Source of the DNA: Pecten maximus
Lineage: Eukaryota
Reading direction: 5' to 3'
Length of the DNA stretch: 64,000 nt
Assembly (NCBI RefSeq): GCF_902652985.1
Contig: NC_047015.1
Location: 41,416,001-41,480,000, forward strand
The position numbers and the translations under genes are program-made. This document shows, one piece after another, positions 15,138 to 29,192 of the stretch (the first letter of the stretch is position 1; each line of letters opens with the position of its first letter). The notes under the pieces were generated by a model, which worked only from the letters and a program-made list of their open reading frames with translations, made no database searches and was not told the DNA's origin.

Positions 15138-16875
15138 ATAACAGACTACTTATACTGGACATTATACTCCAAATATTCTAAAGGAGCTAGATCATAGACA
15201 GTTTATACTCTACATATTGTAAAGATGGTTACAGACTGTTTGTATGTATTTGATATATATGTTCATGTCAATATTGTATTAACATGTTGAATAAAATGTT
15301 TCTCAGACACGGTTTGGTAGATTGAATCATAATCAATATTGAACGCTGTTATTTTTTTGAAATTAGAAACATAATTAATGAAGGCCAAGAGTGTATCCAT
15401 CACAGTATTATACTTTATAGGATAAAACACATCTAAGAAAATGGTCAATGACTTCATCAGGGGATTTGTATTTACGCATGATGATATACATGTACATTCA
15501 TTGATAAATGAATCATGAAAGTACATTGTAGCAGTTGTGATGTAACTTTCCTTACAAGACTATCAGATATTGATCACAAACACCAGCATTGTATCTCCAA
15601 ACCATTCCTAGGATGAATTAGTCATCAATTCTTCTTGCAAAGCAACAACTATGAAATGCATCGTTCCCCAAAACGGTGATGTCATGATCGAGTTAAAGAA
15701 GAAGCTGACCAATGTGAAAATCAACATTATAAAGATAAAATGTTCAGAACCATCAATAGCCATATATAATGTTATTTTATTTTCTTCACCATACGCTGGT
15801 AAATCTTGTTGATGAGTCGTAACATGTACACATGCAGCATGCAATTATTTCAGTTTTAAATTCACCACGGAATGGCTGTCCATGTTGATGTTAACAAAAA
15901 CATAATATCTAATTAAATCTACTCAAGAATTAAGCAAAAGGTTTAAGGAAATGTAAATATAAACATTGAACTGCCCTTCTCTGTTATGGTATTTATAGTC
16001 AATATAAAAGACAGCACTCTGTAGGCAAATACAACATCATGTGTTATAAATATGATGTATGCATGCAAAGCTGTCATTTATGATGGCTTTAAAAACTAAA
16101 GCAAGGCACTTCAATGCTTAATGTAAATATGAAATATGTATATTTTAAATCAAATCTAAATAGATATAAATTAATCATAACATTAAGCCATCCTACACAT
16201 TTATGAATACTAAAGCCCTTGATTATCAGGAGATGTATATATATGTGTGTGTTGTTTGATAATGTTATTTGATGTAGCTTGGCTAGTAGGCCCTGATAAG
16301 GAGATATGTCCATGTACCATCTGCTCTGATTAAATCAATTCTAATCTTAAAACATCAAATCATACAGCGGGATGATGCACAAAATCTCTTTTAACATCCG
16401 AGTGCATGTTTCTTATTGAGCAGATATGTTATTTCGAAACATGTTTTGCGATATTCTGATTTTAGTTGTGACATGTAAAGTTTTGTGGGGGTGGATAGAG
16501 ATACGGTCAATTCAATAGGAGGATAGTTTGAAAATGTATTATTTTCAATAAAAACAATAATTTTCTAGCCAGTGTTAGGATGAATTCTGGTGGTTTATAA
16601 CCGACACTATATCAGATAGTCCAAACTTGTCAAATAAAGAACTTAAACTAGTACATTTTCAGCAAACACCACTGAAAGCTTGCAACAATTGGCCGCAAAA
16701 ATACCAAGACTGTGCCCTTACGCTAGGAAGGCAGGCCTCTCGTTGTAAAGTTAAAAGCATTGGTTGTCATGTCCAGTCAAAACAATCCATAGGTGTCCCA
16801 ATTAGCAATGGGTAATTTTGCAAGTATCAAATAATTAAAGTTTGGTAGATATTACAACTGGGCAATATAAAAGCA

Positions 16876-18412
16876 ACTCCCTTCCCCTTCCCTACATCTC
16901 CAACTCCCTCCAGTTCTCTTCCCCTCCCCTACATCTCCAATCTCTCCAACTCTCTTCCCCTTCCCTACATCTCCAACTCTCTCCATCTCTCTTCCCCTCC
17001 CCTACATCTCCAATCTCTCCATCTCTCTTCCCCTCCCCTACATCTCCAATCTCTCCATCTCTCCAACTCCCCTCCCCTATAACTCCAATCTCTCTTCCCC
17101 TTCCCTACATCTCCAATCTCTCCATCTCTCCAACTCTCTTCCCCTCCCCTACATCTCCAATCTCTCCAACTCTCTTCCCCTCCCCTACATCTCCAATCTC
17201 TCAATCTCTCTTCCCCTCCCCTACATCTCCAATCTCTCCATCTCTCCAACTCCCCTCCCCTCCCCTCCCCTATAACTCCAATCTCTCTTCCCCTTCCCTA
17301 CATCTCCAATCTCTCCATCTCTCCAACTCTCTTCCCCTCCCCTACATCTCCAATCTCTCCAACTCGCTTCCCCTTCCCTTCATCTCCAATCTCTCCATCT
17401 CTCTTCCCCTCCCCTACAACAACAATCTCTTCCCCTCCCCTACATTGCCCATCTCCCAATATTCCTTCCCTCTGATACATCTCCAATCTCTCCATCTCTC
17501 TTCCCCTCCCCTACATCTCTCCATCTCTCTTCCTCTCCCCTACATCTCTCCATCTCTTCCCCTTCCCTACATCTCTCCATCTCTCAATCTCTCTTCCCCT
17601 CCCCTACATCTCTCCATCTCTTCCCCTTCCCTACATCTCTCCATCTCCAATCTCTCCATCTCTCTTCCCTCCCCTACATCTCTCCATATCTTCCCCTCCC
17701 CTACATCTCTCCATCTCTCTTCCCCTCCCCTACATCTCTCCATCTCTCCATCTCTCTTCCCCTCCCTACATCTCTCCATCTCCCTTCCCCTCCCCTACAT
17801 CTCCAATCTCTCCATCTCTCTTCCCCTCCCCTACATCTCTCCATCTCTCTTCCCCTCCCTACATCTCTCCATCTCCCTTCTCCTCTCCTACATCTCTCCA
17901 TCTCCCTTCCTCTCCCCTACATCTCTCCATCTCTCTTCCCCTCCCCTACATCTCTCCATCTCTCTTCTCCTCTCCTACATCTCTCCACCTCCCTTCCCTC
18001 CCCTACATCTCTCATCTCTCTTCCCCTCCCCTACATCTCTCCATCTCTCTTCTCCTCTCCTACATCTCTCCATCTCCCTTCCCCTCCCCTACATCTCTCA
18101 TCTCTCTTCCCCTCCCCTACATCTCTCCATCTCTCTTCCCCTCCCCTACATCTCTCCATCTCTCTTCCCCTCCCCTACATCTCTCCATCTCCCTTCCTCT
18201 CCCCTACATCTCTCTTCCCCTCCCCTACATCTCCAATCTCTCCATCTCTCTTCCCCTCCCCTACATCTCTCCATCTCCCTTCCTCTCCCCTACATCTCTC
18301 CATCTCCCTTCCCCTCCCCTACATCTCTCCATCTCTCTTCTCCTCTCCTACATCTCTCCATCTCTCTTCCCCTCCCCTACATCTCTCATCTCTCCAACTC
18401 TCTTCCCCTCTC
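16876..18412. repeat. C/T-rich low-complexity tandem repeat (plus strand almost G-free)
   Basis: Shuffled modules CTCTTCCCCTCCCCTACATCTC / CTCCAATCTCTCCAT over 1.5 kb. Confidence 0.95.
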
Positions 18413-18939
18413 TTAGCACTGACATCAGTTATAGCAACTATTACAGGACTAACAAACTGATATAAACCTTTTTAATTATTTTTTTTCTTTCTTCAAAATA
18501 TTTATAGCTTCGTAATTAATTTTAGATGTCATGTTGTATATAGAGTTAATAATAGCTTGATGTCAGCCTGAAGTATTTCATCTGAAGGTCTGGGGTCAGG
18601 AGAGGTCAATCTCATACTGCTGATGAGAAGCTAAAAATGATGCTGAGGTACTGTTAGGGCAGTTAATCTGCTGGGAAAGACTGATGATTTGATGAACAAT
18701 AAATCAGGCAGATGAGGTACAGACAAGAGAAGGTATATTATACCTCTGGTTAACCAGTGTTGGACTGGAACACATGGGCTGATTATCTCTAACTATAGGA
18801 GGGAGCAGAGCAAGCAGCCACACCAGGGGATATGAACTGTCAATATAGGTACCGCAGTATAACAACCACACTAGAGGATAGCTATTGTCAAAAGGTCACC
18901 ACATCACAACAGGTAGGACAACCACACAAGGGGTTAACT

Positions 18940-20390
18940 GCTACTGTTAATAGGTAGGGGATAGCTACTGTCAAAAGGAGGGGGATAGCTACTGTCAATA
19001 GGTAGGGGATAGCTACTGTCAATAGGTAGGGGATAGCTACTGTCAATAGGTAGGGGACAGCTTAACTGTCAATAGATAGGGGAATAGCTACTGTCAATAG
19101 ATAAGGGATAGTTACTGTCAATAGATAGGGGATAGTTACTGTCAATAGATAGGGGAAAGCTACTGTCAAAAGGTTGGGGATAGCTACTGTCAAAAGGTTG
19201 GGGATAGCTACTGTCAATAGGTAGGGGAATAGCTACTGTCAATAGGTAGGGGATAGCTACTGTCAAAGGTAGGGGATAGCTACTGTCAATAGGTAGGAGA
19301 TAGCTACTGTCAATAGGAAGGGGAATAGCTACTGTCAATAGGTAGGGGATAGCTACTGTCAATAGGTAGGAGATAGCTACTGTCAAAAGGAAGGGGATAG
19401 CTACTGTCAATAGGTAGGGGATAGCTACTGTCAATAGATAGGGAAATAGCTACTGTCAAAAGGTAGGGGATAGCTACTGTCAATAGATAGGGGATAGCTA
19501 CTGTCAATAGGTAGGGGAATAGCTACTGTCAAAAGGTAGGGGATAGCTACTGTCAATAGGTAGGGGAATAGCTACTGTCAATAGGTAGGGGATAGCTACT
19601 GTCAATAGGTAGGGGACAGCTTAACTGTTAAAAAATAAGGGATAGCTACTGTCAATAGGTAGGGGATAGCTACTGTCAAAAGGTAGGGGATAGCTACTGT
19701 CAAAAGGTAGGGGATAGCTACTGTCAATAGGTAGGGGATAGCTACTGTCAATAGGTAGGAGATAGCTACTGTCAAAAGATAGGGGATAGTTACTGTCAAT
19801 AGGTAGGGGATAGCTACTGTCAATAGGTAGGGGATAGCTACTGTCAAAAGATAGGGGATAGCTACTGTCAATAGGTAGGGGAATAGCTACTGTCAATAGG
19901 TAGGGGAATAGCTTAGATGTCAATAGGTAGGGGATAGCTTAACTGTCAATAGATAGGGGAATAGCTACTGTCAATAGGTAGGGGATAGCTACTGTCAATA
20001 GGTAGGGAATAGCTACTGTCAAAAGGTAGGGGAATAGCTACTGTCAATAGATAGGGGAATAGCTACTGTCAAAAGGTTGGGGATAGCTACTGTCAAAAGG
20101 TTGGGGATAGCTACTGTCAATAGGTAGGGGATAGCTACTGTCAAAAGGTTGGGGATAGCTACTGTCAAAAGGTAGGGGAATAGCTACTGTCAATAGATAG
20201 GGGAATAGCTACTGTCAATAGGTAGGGGAATAGCTACTGTCAATAGGTAGGGGATAGCTACTGTCAAAAGGTTGGGGATAGCTCCTCTCAAAAGGTAGGG
20301 AATAGCTACTGTTAATAGGTAGGGGATAGCTACTGTCAATAGGTAGGGGATAGCTACTGTCAATAGGTAGGAGATAACTACTGCCAAAAG
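18940..20390. repeat. 24/25-bp minisatellite
   Basis: Unit GATAGCTACTGTCAATAGGTAGGG. Confidence 0.96.
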
Positions 20391-20395
20391 GTATA

Positions 20396-21990
20396 TAACA
20401 ATCACACCTGGGGATAGGTACCAGTGTAATGATGTGACAATCACACCTGGGGATAGGTACCAGTGTGATGATGTGACAATCACACCTGGGGATAGGTACC
20501 AGTATAATGATGTGACAATCACACCTGGGGATAGGCATCAGTGTGATGATGTGAAAATCACACCTGGGGATAGGTACCAGTGTAATGATGTGACAATCAC
20601 ACCTGGGGATAGCCACCAGTGTAATGATGTGACAATCACACCTGGGGATAGGTACCAGTGTGATGATGTGACAATCACACCTGGGGATAGGTACCAGTGT
20701 GATGATGTGACAATCACACCTGGGGTAAGGTACCAGTGTGATGTGACAATCACAACTGGGGATAGGCACCAGTGTAATGATGTGACAATCACACCTGGGG
20801 ATAGGTACAAGTGTAATGATGTGACAATCACACCTGGGGATAGCCACCAGTGTGATGATGTGACAATCACACCTGGGGATAGGTACCAGTGTGATGTGAC
20901 AATCACACCTGGGGATAGGCACCAGTGCAATGATGTGACAATCACACCTGGGGATAGGTACCAGTGTGATGATGTGACAATCACACCTGGGGATAGGCAC
21001 CAGTGTGATGATGTGACAATCACACCTGGGGATAGGCACCAGTGTGATGTGACAATCACACCTCGGGATAGGTACCAGTGTGATGATGTGACAATCACAC
21101 CTGGGGATAGGTACCAGTATAATGATGTGACAATCACACCTGGGGATAGGTACCAGTGTGATGATGTGACAATCACACCTGGGGATAGGTACCAGTGTGA
21201 TGTGACAATCACACCTGGGGATAGGCACCAGTGTAATGATGTGACAATCACACCTGGGGATAGGTACCAGTGTGATGATGTGACAATCACACCTGGGGAT
21301 AGGTACCAGTGTGATGATGTGACAATCACACCTGGGGATAGGTACCAGTGTAATGATGTGACAATCACACCTGGGGATAGGTACCAGTGTAATGATGTGA
21401 CAATCACACCTGGGGATAGGTACCAGTGTGATGATGTGACAATCACACCTGGGGATAGCCACCAGTGTGATGATGTGACAATCACACTTGGGGATAGGCA
21501 CCAGTGTGATGTGACAACCACACCTTGGGACAGGTACAAGTGTGATGATGTGACAATCACACCTGGGGATAGGTACCAGTGTGATGATGTGACAATCACA
21601 CCTGGGGATAGCCACCAGTGTGATGATGTGATAATCACACTTGGGGATAGGCACCAGTGTGATGTGACAACCACACCTTGGGACAGGTACAAGTGTGATG
21701 ATGTGACAATCACACCTGGGGAAAGGTACCAGTGTAATGATGTGACAATCACACCTGGGGATAGGTACCAGTGTGATGATGTGACAATCACACCTGGGGA
21801 TAGGCACCAGTGTGATGTGACAATCACACCTTGGGATAAGTACAAGTGTGATGATGTGACAATCACACCTGGGGATAGCCACCAGTGTGATGATGTGACA
21901 ATCACACCTGGGGATAGGTACCAGTGTAATGATGTGACAATCACACCTGGGGATAGGCATCAGTGTGATGATGTAACAATCACACCTGGG
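20396..21990. repeat. 39/36-bp minisatellite
   Basis: Unit ACAATCACACCTGGGGATAGGTACCAGTGTGATGATGTG, with 36-bp variants lacking one GAT. Confidence 0.96.
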
Positions 21991-24902
21991 AACTGTTTGT
22001 TTTAGTCTCACTCTGATGGTAGTGCAATTCAGACTTCCACAGGACTAACAGTGGCTGATGATATGCTTACCAAGTTGATATCATCATGTGACATTATCTT
22101 TGACCAAGATAACATATCATGAAGAAAAATATTCTTCAGTTTTATTTTTAATACCCTTTTCATTCTGATTTACTCAACAGCTATCAAATGAATTAACTTA
22201 ACATGTAGCAATGGACACTGTTAAAATTGACCTTGAAACATCATCATGATGACCTTAGTAATTAACCTTGATCTTCAGCAAATAGTGATATGAGGTAAGT
22301 GAACCTGAATTACCCGCTGTCTGTTGATTTTTTTTATATAATATAACCTATATCCATATACTTCTATCTCCAACAAATCCATTACGTAATTGTGTTTTGT
22401 AATTAAATTTATCTACATTGAATTTTATGAAAATTGGAATTATCAGTGCCAGGAAAGTAAAGAAAACGTCTCCTTGGTTCAAGTTAATACATTTAACATA
22501 ATTTTGTGTATGATTCTCTTTTCATGCAGATAATCTTCCATGTATTTAAGTTTTATAGGACAATAACAACCTAGTAATCAAGGACTAGGATATGGAGGAA
22601 CTACTATTCGATAACAGAAATAGGCTTCCTGCAGCTCTCAGTCAGAAAACTCCAACATTTTACATGTCTGAAGATCTTAACTCTGGGGGGATAATCACAA
22701 TAAAGCACCAAAAACAAAGATAAAAACAATGCAATTTTAGCAAATAGTATGCAAAACACAACATGATTTAAAAAAAAAAAATTTGTATTAATTTGTTTTA
22801 ATGTAGTAATGATACTGGGGAGATAGTTTGATGAACATGTAATAAATTAGCTCAGCCAGCAGTAGTTCTAGCCTTATCAGTCCCAGCCAAGTCTCTCACT
22901 GGGCTTCCCATGTTTAAGATTAGTTATTACATCAATGTACAGGCTCCCTATCACTGATCTAACACTTGGTTTGCACCTGATGACCTCTTTGAGGACTGGC
23001 ATCGCAGGTTGTTGGCTACATACTCTTAAAGTATTTCCTGCCAATAGTAACACGCTTTTCATAGTTGAATTTACATCAGGTGTGAGCTTGGAACAACATG
23101 AACTCTCTTCCTGGAAAAGTACAATATTGCATCATCCTATTCCTCCTGATTTGCATCGACTTGTAAATTTCCATAAAACATCTATTGATTCTGAGGATTG
23201 ACTTTGCGGATTCCAAATAAACACTTCAAGATAGCTGGATTAATGCCTGCATAGAGCAATTTCGATCTGCAATATGTGCACTGAAACACTAGTAGGCTAA
23301 ATTAACCTTGAATCATCAACCACAAATGTCCAGATTACAAATGTCCTTCAAACATAAATGTACATGTCTATTTCAAGGTCACCATGCAATGATAGATGTT
23401 TACTTCCCTAATAGCCAACATGTAATTATTAGTTCTCATATTTTACCTTAATTGACACTCGTCATGTGCTGATTAATTTTTTTCTCTTTTATATCATAAA
23501 TGCTGATTGTTCAAGGTTAGAAGCTACAGGTAGAAGCAAGGCTATACAACCATTATGTCCATAAATGACAATCAATACATGATTGTGATACTGTTCTAAA
23601 ATGTCATAATCTTGACAAAGAATGGTCTTCATAAAATGTAGTTTTTATTTATCTTTAGATGGTATTCAATTTGGACAGCATCATCAGTAAACCTATGGCA
23701 AGTGACTGTACAATCGAACGCGGATGTTTGAACAGATCACCTACTAAAAACTTATAATGATCAACAAATCCATCCTTGTTTTTTCAGCATTTTATGAGGC
23801 TAATTGACTAATTACATGTAGTTTTTATAGAACAGGTCCCTCCATATCATTTGTGTAAAGGAGGTGCAGCACTATCAGGGCTTTTGACGTTAATTGTCGA
23901 CAAATTATTACACAACAGATGCAGTCAGAAAAACAACAGCTGTATGCAAAGTTTAAAACTAGTCCATTGTATAAACTGTACTAAAGTTTTGACGTCATAC
24001 CATAACCATGTGACGTTATCCATTTTTTTTCTATAAACAACAGAGACCTTTTACTATGTACATGAAGTGTGTATCTGTTTTAACAAAAGTAGCCTCTCCT
24101 GTGATCTTCTGCCAACACTACCAGACATGCACCCTGGCCAGCTACTTAAGAAACCATCAACAGTTAATATATATACTTCCATTAGACAGAAGATTTAAGT
24201 CAAGTCATAAAAAAGTAAAAAAAAAAACATCCCCATCAACTATAAAAAAATGTCCACAATTCAAATCTACCATGTACCTTAAATAAAATATTGTTATTGA
24301 TTTTCTTGATTGTGGCTTAACAATATATTGGCTTGTAATGTCCACAAATGTTTTGAATTTTTTAATGATCAACAATAATCCCTAAACATTACTATAAAAT
24401 ATTGTAATCCCTAAACATTATTATGAAGTATTGTATCAATATTGTTTATGTTTCTTACGTAATAGGAAGAAATAACAAAAATACCCGGACTGCTCTGGAC
24501 CTCACATCGACCTGAGTTGCTCGGCTATAACGGTGACCTACGTTTTCGACTTTTCCACCTATTTATATGTACTTGAATTAATATTAAAGTTAAATTTTAT
24601 TTCACAATAGTCATTTTCCTCCCTATATCTAATAGGAAAATGTACAGCAAATGGAATTTTGTGTTTCATATTCAGAAAGTGTATAACTGAATAATTATTT
24701 TGAATTTCTTATAATTATACAGCTGAAATTTCATAACAAAAGGAAATCATCATTCTATGAAAGTAATGAGCAGAACTCCACAGCAATCTTCAGAGCTGTT
24801 GGTGAGACTGGACATAAAGGAAATGTATACTAGTGCAAGTTTCCAGGAGTGTCACTCAAACCATACTACAGCTGGTACTCTAAGTATAGTGCTAAATCTT
24901 AC

Positions 24903-24956
24903 CTTGCTCACCAGTCAATCTTTTCATAGCCCTTTAGCCAATGCCTGGTGTATCTT
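24903..24956 (-). other. Candidate 54-nt non-coding (5'UTR) exon of a leftward host gene
   Basis: Minus strand ttcattacAG|AAGATAC...GAGCAAG|GTAAGA; stops in all three frames. Confidence 0.3.
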
Positions 24957-27196
24957 CTGTAATGAACAAATTGTAAAAAGGGCTGTAAAAAATGAAAACC
25001 TGAGATAGAGAGGGGTGAATGATCTTTAAGTGAAATATATGAAGGAAAGATCTGTCCATCCTGAAAAAATCACCATAAAGAACACAGCCATTCCCCACAG
25101 CTTATAGTCAGAGCAGAAGTAACCAATATGGAACCCATTACAATGCCTTTGACCTCACTGCCCCTTTATCTACCCCCTACCAGCTGTGGGGTACAGTCTC
25201 ATGTAGCAATCTAAAACATCTGGGCAGCAAGCAAGCAATTCTTCAGACAGTGCTACAAATAGTTACAGTCACCTTTCTTTAGGTAGTGACCTTTCTTACA
25301 GACAATACTAACACTATGCTCACCTTTTTTACAGACAGATCTGATACTATAAATATTTGAAGTCTCATTTAATGTAATACATGTATGTTAGGAATGACAA
25401 AAAAGTCAGACAGAGCGGAGTTATACTTCAGTTATACTTCAGCCAAACTGCAATAATCAACAAATGGCCAAGATATTGTACAGTATACTTACAAAGGTAT
25501 ACTTACAAACTACATGTATATGCGATATACAGTTTTATATGCTTTGGCCAAATTTACAGGTGATCGTGGGAAACAAGGCCAGATTTTTAGTATGTGACAC
25601 TGTCTTACCATCCAGTCTAGGTAAATGTACTTGAAAGCAAAATTTACAAGTCCTAAATGTTATTTTTCTGCCCCATACAAGGTGATGCACAGCCGGACAC
25701 ACAAATGAACAGAGAACTGGACACTACAGCACATCCTGCAATAACGCTACCATATGTAGTTTTATATGGCCTCATTTTTCTTCCTCCATTTATATATATA
25801 TTTTTAACCTGTTACCAGACAATGTAATCAGCTGAGTGAAAAGAAATGAAATTATCTATTTTGCAGTTGCACTTTTAGATGATTTACAGGTATACTATAT
25901 ATAAGTCTCCTTGCTGTGAATAGTTAAATAGATATAGAATATGGGAGATGAGAGAAAGAATACCTTCAAAGAATTTGAGTTACTAATCAAAACTGACATC
26001 TAGACAATTAAACTGGTGTGTGCCCCTTCCCCTACTAAAGTGTACTGCTGAACTCCGAGCCTCCCCCTTCCTCCTCCAGCCCCCCCCCCCCTCCCTCTCC
26101 CCCCTCCAGCTTTCCTTTCCCTCCTTTGTCTACTCATCCTTTAAGTTCTACTCCCTGTGAATGGCTGTCAAAACCTATTTCCTGGCCCATTGTATCAAGT
26201 GCCAGTCTGCACAAAAATAGCTGGTCAGTCCATTATTGTGGCTATTTATGGCTGTTAAGATATTCCATGTGAAGTGATTATATCTTCACTAAAGACCTTG
26301 TGTATTTCCTGACCTTGTGTTACTGTAAGGTTATTTTCTTTTTTGATGGTGACTTTATCATGGTTTTAACCAAAATTTATTATCGAAGAATCTAATCTCT
26401 CACTAAAACTGAAAAAAAACACCAAAAAAACAGACACTCAGATTTACTTACAAATGTACGAAACTATATTAAAAACATTAAGCAGACCTTAGCATGTCTT
26501 ATTATATAAAGAATTTAAGGATTATTATTCACAAAGTTATGGTTTATCTTATTGTCAAACAAATATTCAATATTAAGTGAAAAGTGACTTAAGACATAAT
26601 TATTTCCCGACTGACATTTTTTTTTCATGTCTAAACCCCGATTCCGATTCTTTATATCAATATTATTTAAAAAAGATATTTTGTCACAGATTCCACTTGT
26701 TTAAATATGCATCAAATTTGATGAATCCCTGTTTGATCAAACAACTTAATTATCCATTCCAACATGGCGATATATCTACTAGTAATTAATGATTTGTGAT
26801 TTGATAACGATGATCTGAAATTTGTATTGCAGTTTGTTAATCTCCTTTCAAAGTAAAGTAGAAATTGAACCAAACGAATGCACCGTGACCGATACGGATT
26901 TATGAATATAGACTCTACTGTAAAGGATACTACTTATATACTCATATGTTTGCAATAATTTTCTTCTGGTATTCTGTTGCTCAAAGCAGAGACGTGTGAT
27001 ACCATGGGGATTCATTGTTTTGTTTTCAGACTTGGATGAAAAATGGTTTATCACACAATTGTCTAGAACTGAATATCAAATATGGTTTTAAATAAGGGTG
27101 GACTAGACAGACTGTACTTCAAAGTACTCCGAAAATCGAGGTTGGGGGTGGAAACAGAAGCTGAATTTTGCACAATAAGGTAGTAAAATCTCTCAC

Positions 27197-27540
27197 CCAA
27201 AACCAGAGACGTAAAGGTAACCTCGCCTCTGATCTTACATCCAGCGCTAAGAGATCCACAGAGGAAGGTAGACAACTCGTACAATATTGCGGAGTTATCT
27301 CAGAAAATGTCGACGCCGAATTAATTTTGATAAATAACTTTCGTTCTCGTGTACTATATCACTCTCGCACATTTTACCACAACATAACTGGTCATCATTT
27401 TCATGCCGACAGGCCTATAGAGACAAACATTTTCGTCAGTCAGTCCGGCCTCAAGTTACTCCTGTCATCCAGCTAGGAAATCCTACTGCGCACACGACAC
27501 GCACGTGCGCATGGTTTGCGTTTCCCGCCTTTACTTTGAA
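27197..27540 (-). promoter_or_regulatory. CpG-rich promoter and possible first exon of a leftward gene
   Basis: Local CpG enrichment; GCACGTGCGCAT (NRF1/E-box-like) and TTTCCCGCC (E2F-like) at about 27500-27530; minus-strand donor TGG|GTGAGA at 27197; host DNA to the left is visibly CpG-poor. Confidence 0.4.
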
Positions 27541-27732
27541 TCAGGATCAAATGTAGTCCAAAGGGACTAAATCAGACCGTGATTTACGATGTTTATTGTT
27601 GGTGTCTCTCGTGGTCTCCCCGCCGTCAAACCATTTCAGGTTTTCGTCTGCAGGCGATAGAGTGTCTGGGTGGGATTTCAGACTTTTACGCGGCTAGAAT
27701 AACATCGGTACCTTATATTAGTGTAATCAAAT

Positions 27733-27932
27733 GGGGTAGGCGCGGACCAAGGTCACAAAAAAAAGACAATTGTCAGATAAAAAAATTAGCCTGTCCCGAG
27801 TAGGCCTATGGCCCGTCCCACGACTACATATCGTCTCTCCCGATAATGACCTGTCCCACGGATCATACTCTGGAGAGGCTATTTTTTTTATGTGACAATT
27901 ATTTTTTTGTGACGTAGGTCCGCGCCTACCCC
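27733..27932. mobile_element. 200-bp MITE-like foldback element
   Basis: About 60-bp imperfect terminal inverted repeats GGGGTAGGCGCGGACC...AAATTAGCCT / AGGCTATTTT...GGTCCGCGCCTACCCC; no clear TSD. Confidence 0.7.
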
Positions 27933-28658
27933 CTCTGCAAATAATAATAGTTATATATAGGTCTGTGGTAAAAGTGACACCCCTCGTTGTTCATTATCTA
28001 TATAATATATTTAAACAAATATTTTCAATTGTGACAGAACAGGAAATACGGTACACATTAGTGACATTACTACCGAGTGCCCGATGGGATTCGAACCCGG
28101 GTTTCCAGCGTGATTGTTCCGTACAAACCACATTGATCAGAACGTTCAAATTAACAAAAGGATGAAGTTACAAATGTAGAATGTGATTCAGCTTAGAGTA
28201 CAAATTATATCAAATTCAACATTTCTGTTTCTTTAAAACGCTTTGAAAAATATGTTAGCATACCAAATTACCATTAAAGGTTAAACTGATATTTTATTTA
28301 GGTTGTCGGTTCGATTTATTTCGGGTTACAAAAGAAATACTACTCTATTTAAATTCATCGTTATTATCACAGATAATATTAACGGGACTGATATAGGTTA
28401 GTCCTTGTACAATCTGTGCTTTTCTTTGTCAAATCAATTTCGTGTTCATCCACTTCAAAAATTCAGGGCAAGGCAATAACACAAATTTTATGATTAAAAT
28501 AATACAAATAGAATACAAAAAAACCCCAAAACTTTCTGGATTTCCACCTTTCTGCTAGACATGCTATAGTAAGTTCACATATGATAATTAGTTCAATTGA
28601 CTTTTCCAGGCAACTCCATATATAACCAAATGTAATGCGAGATACACAAATGTTTGAT

Positions 28659-29192
28659 TGGTTTGGTTTAGTTTATTTTGTTTAACGTCCTATTAACAGC
28701 TAAAGTCATTAAGGACGGCCTCCCGTGCGTGCGACATGCATGCGTGTGGTGAGTGCGTATGTGTGCTTTTGGAGGCTGCGGTATGTTCGTGTTAAGTCTC
28801 CTTGTGATTGGCCGGAACTTTTGCCAATTTATAGTGCTACCTCACTGAAGCATACTGCCGAAGACACCCAGCAGCACACACCACCCGGTCACATCATACT
28901 GACAACGGGCGAACCAGTCGTCCCACTCCAAATATGCTGAGCGCTAAGCAGGAGTAGCAACTACCATTTTTAAAGACTCTGGCATGTCTCGGCTAGGGGA
29001 CAGAACCCAAAGCCTTCCTCATAGCGGCGAACGCTCAACTAAAGGCCAAAAGTGAGGCATTGTCAAGGGAGACATTAGGAAGAAGAAAGTTGTTCAGAAA
29101 GAAGAGAAAAGATAAAATCCCAAATTTAGTCGCCTCTTACGATCATGCATGGGGGCAGCAGGTACAATTCTTACGCCTTACCATCAGGGCTA
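28659..29192 (-). mobile_element. Full-length tRNA-derived SINE (Nin/Deu-domain-like)
   Basis: 13-bp TSD ACAAATGTTTGAT (28646-58, 29193-205); minus strand has tRNA-like head (AGTTGAGCGTTCGCC...GGGTTCTGTCCCC), central AAAATGGTAGTTGCTACTCCTGCTTAGCGCTCAGCAT and an (AAACC)n-like tail. Confidence 0.85.

Noticed and set aside
16842-18416. 524-aa Ser/Pro/Leu-rich ORF
   Set aside because: Open only because the G-free low-complexity strand rarely forms stop codons; starts at TTG.
20215-22011. Long Cys-rich repeat ORFs on both strands (TITPGDRYQCDDV etc.)
   Set aside because: 39/36-bp unit lengths keep three frames open at once; no signal peptide or unique flanking coding sequence. Coding use cannot be fully excluded without RNA data.
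28070-28115. Possible tRNA gene (minus-strand GGTTCGAATCCC)
   Set aside because: Only a B-box/T-arm is recognisable; no full cloverleaf, probably a SINE remnant.
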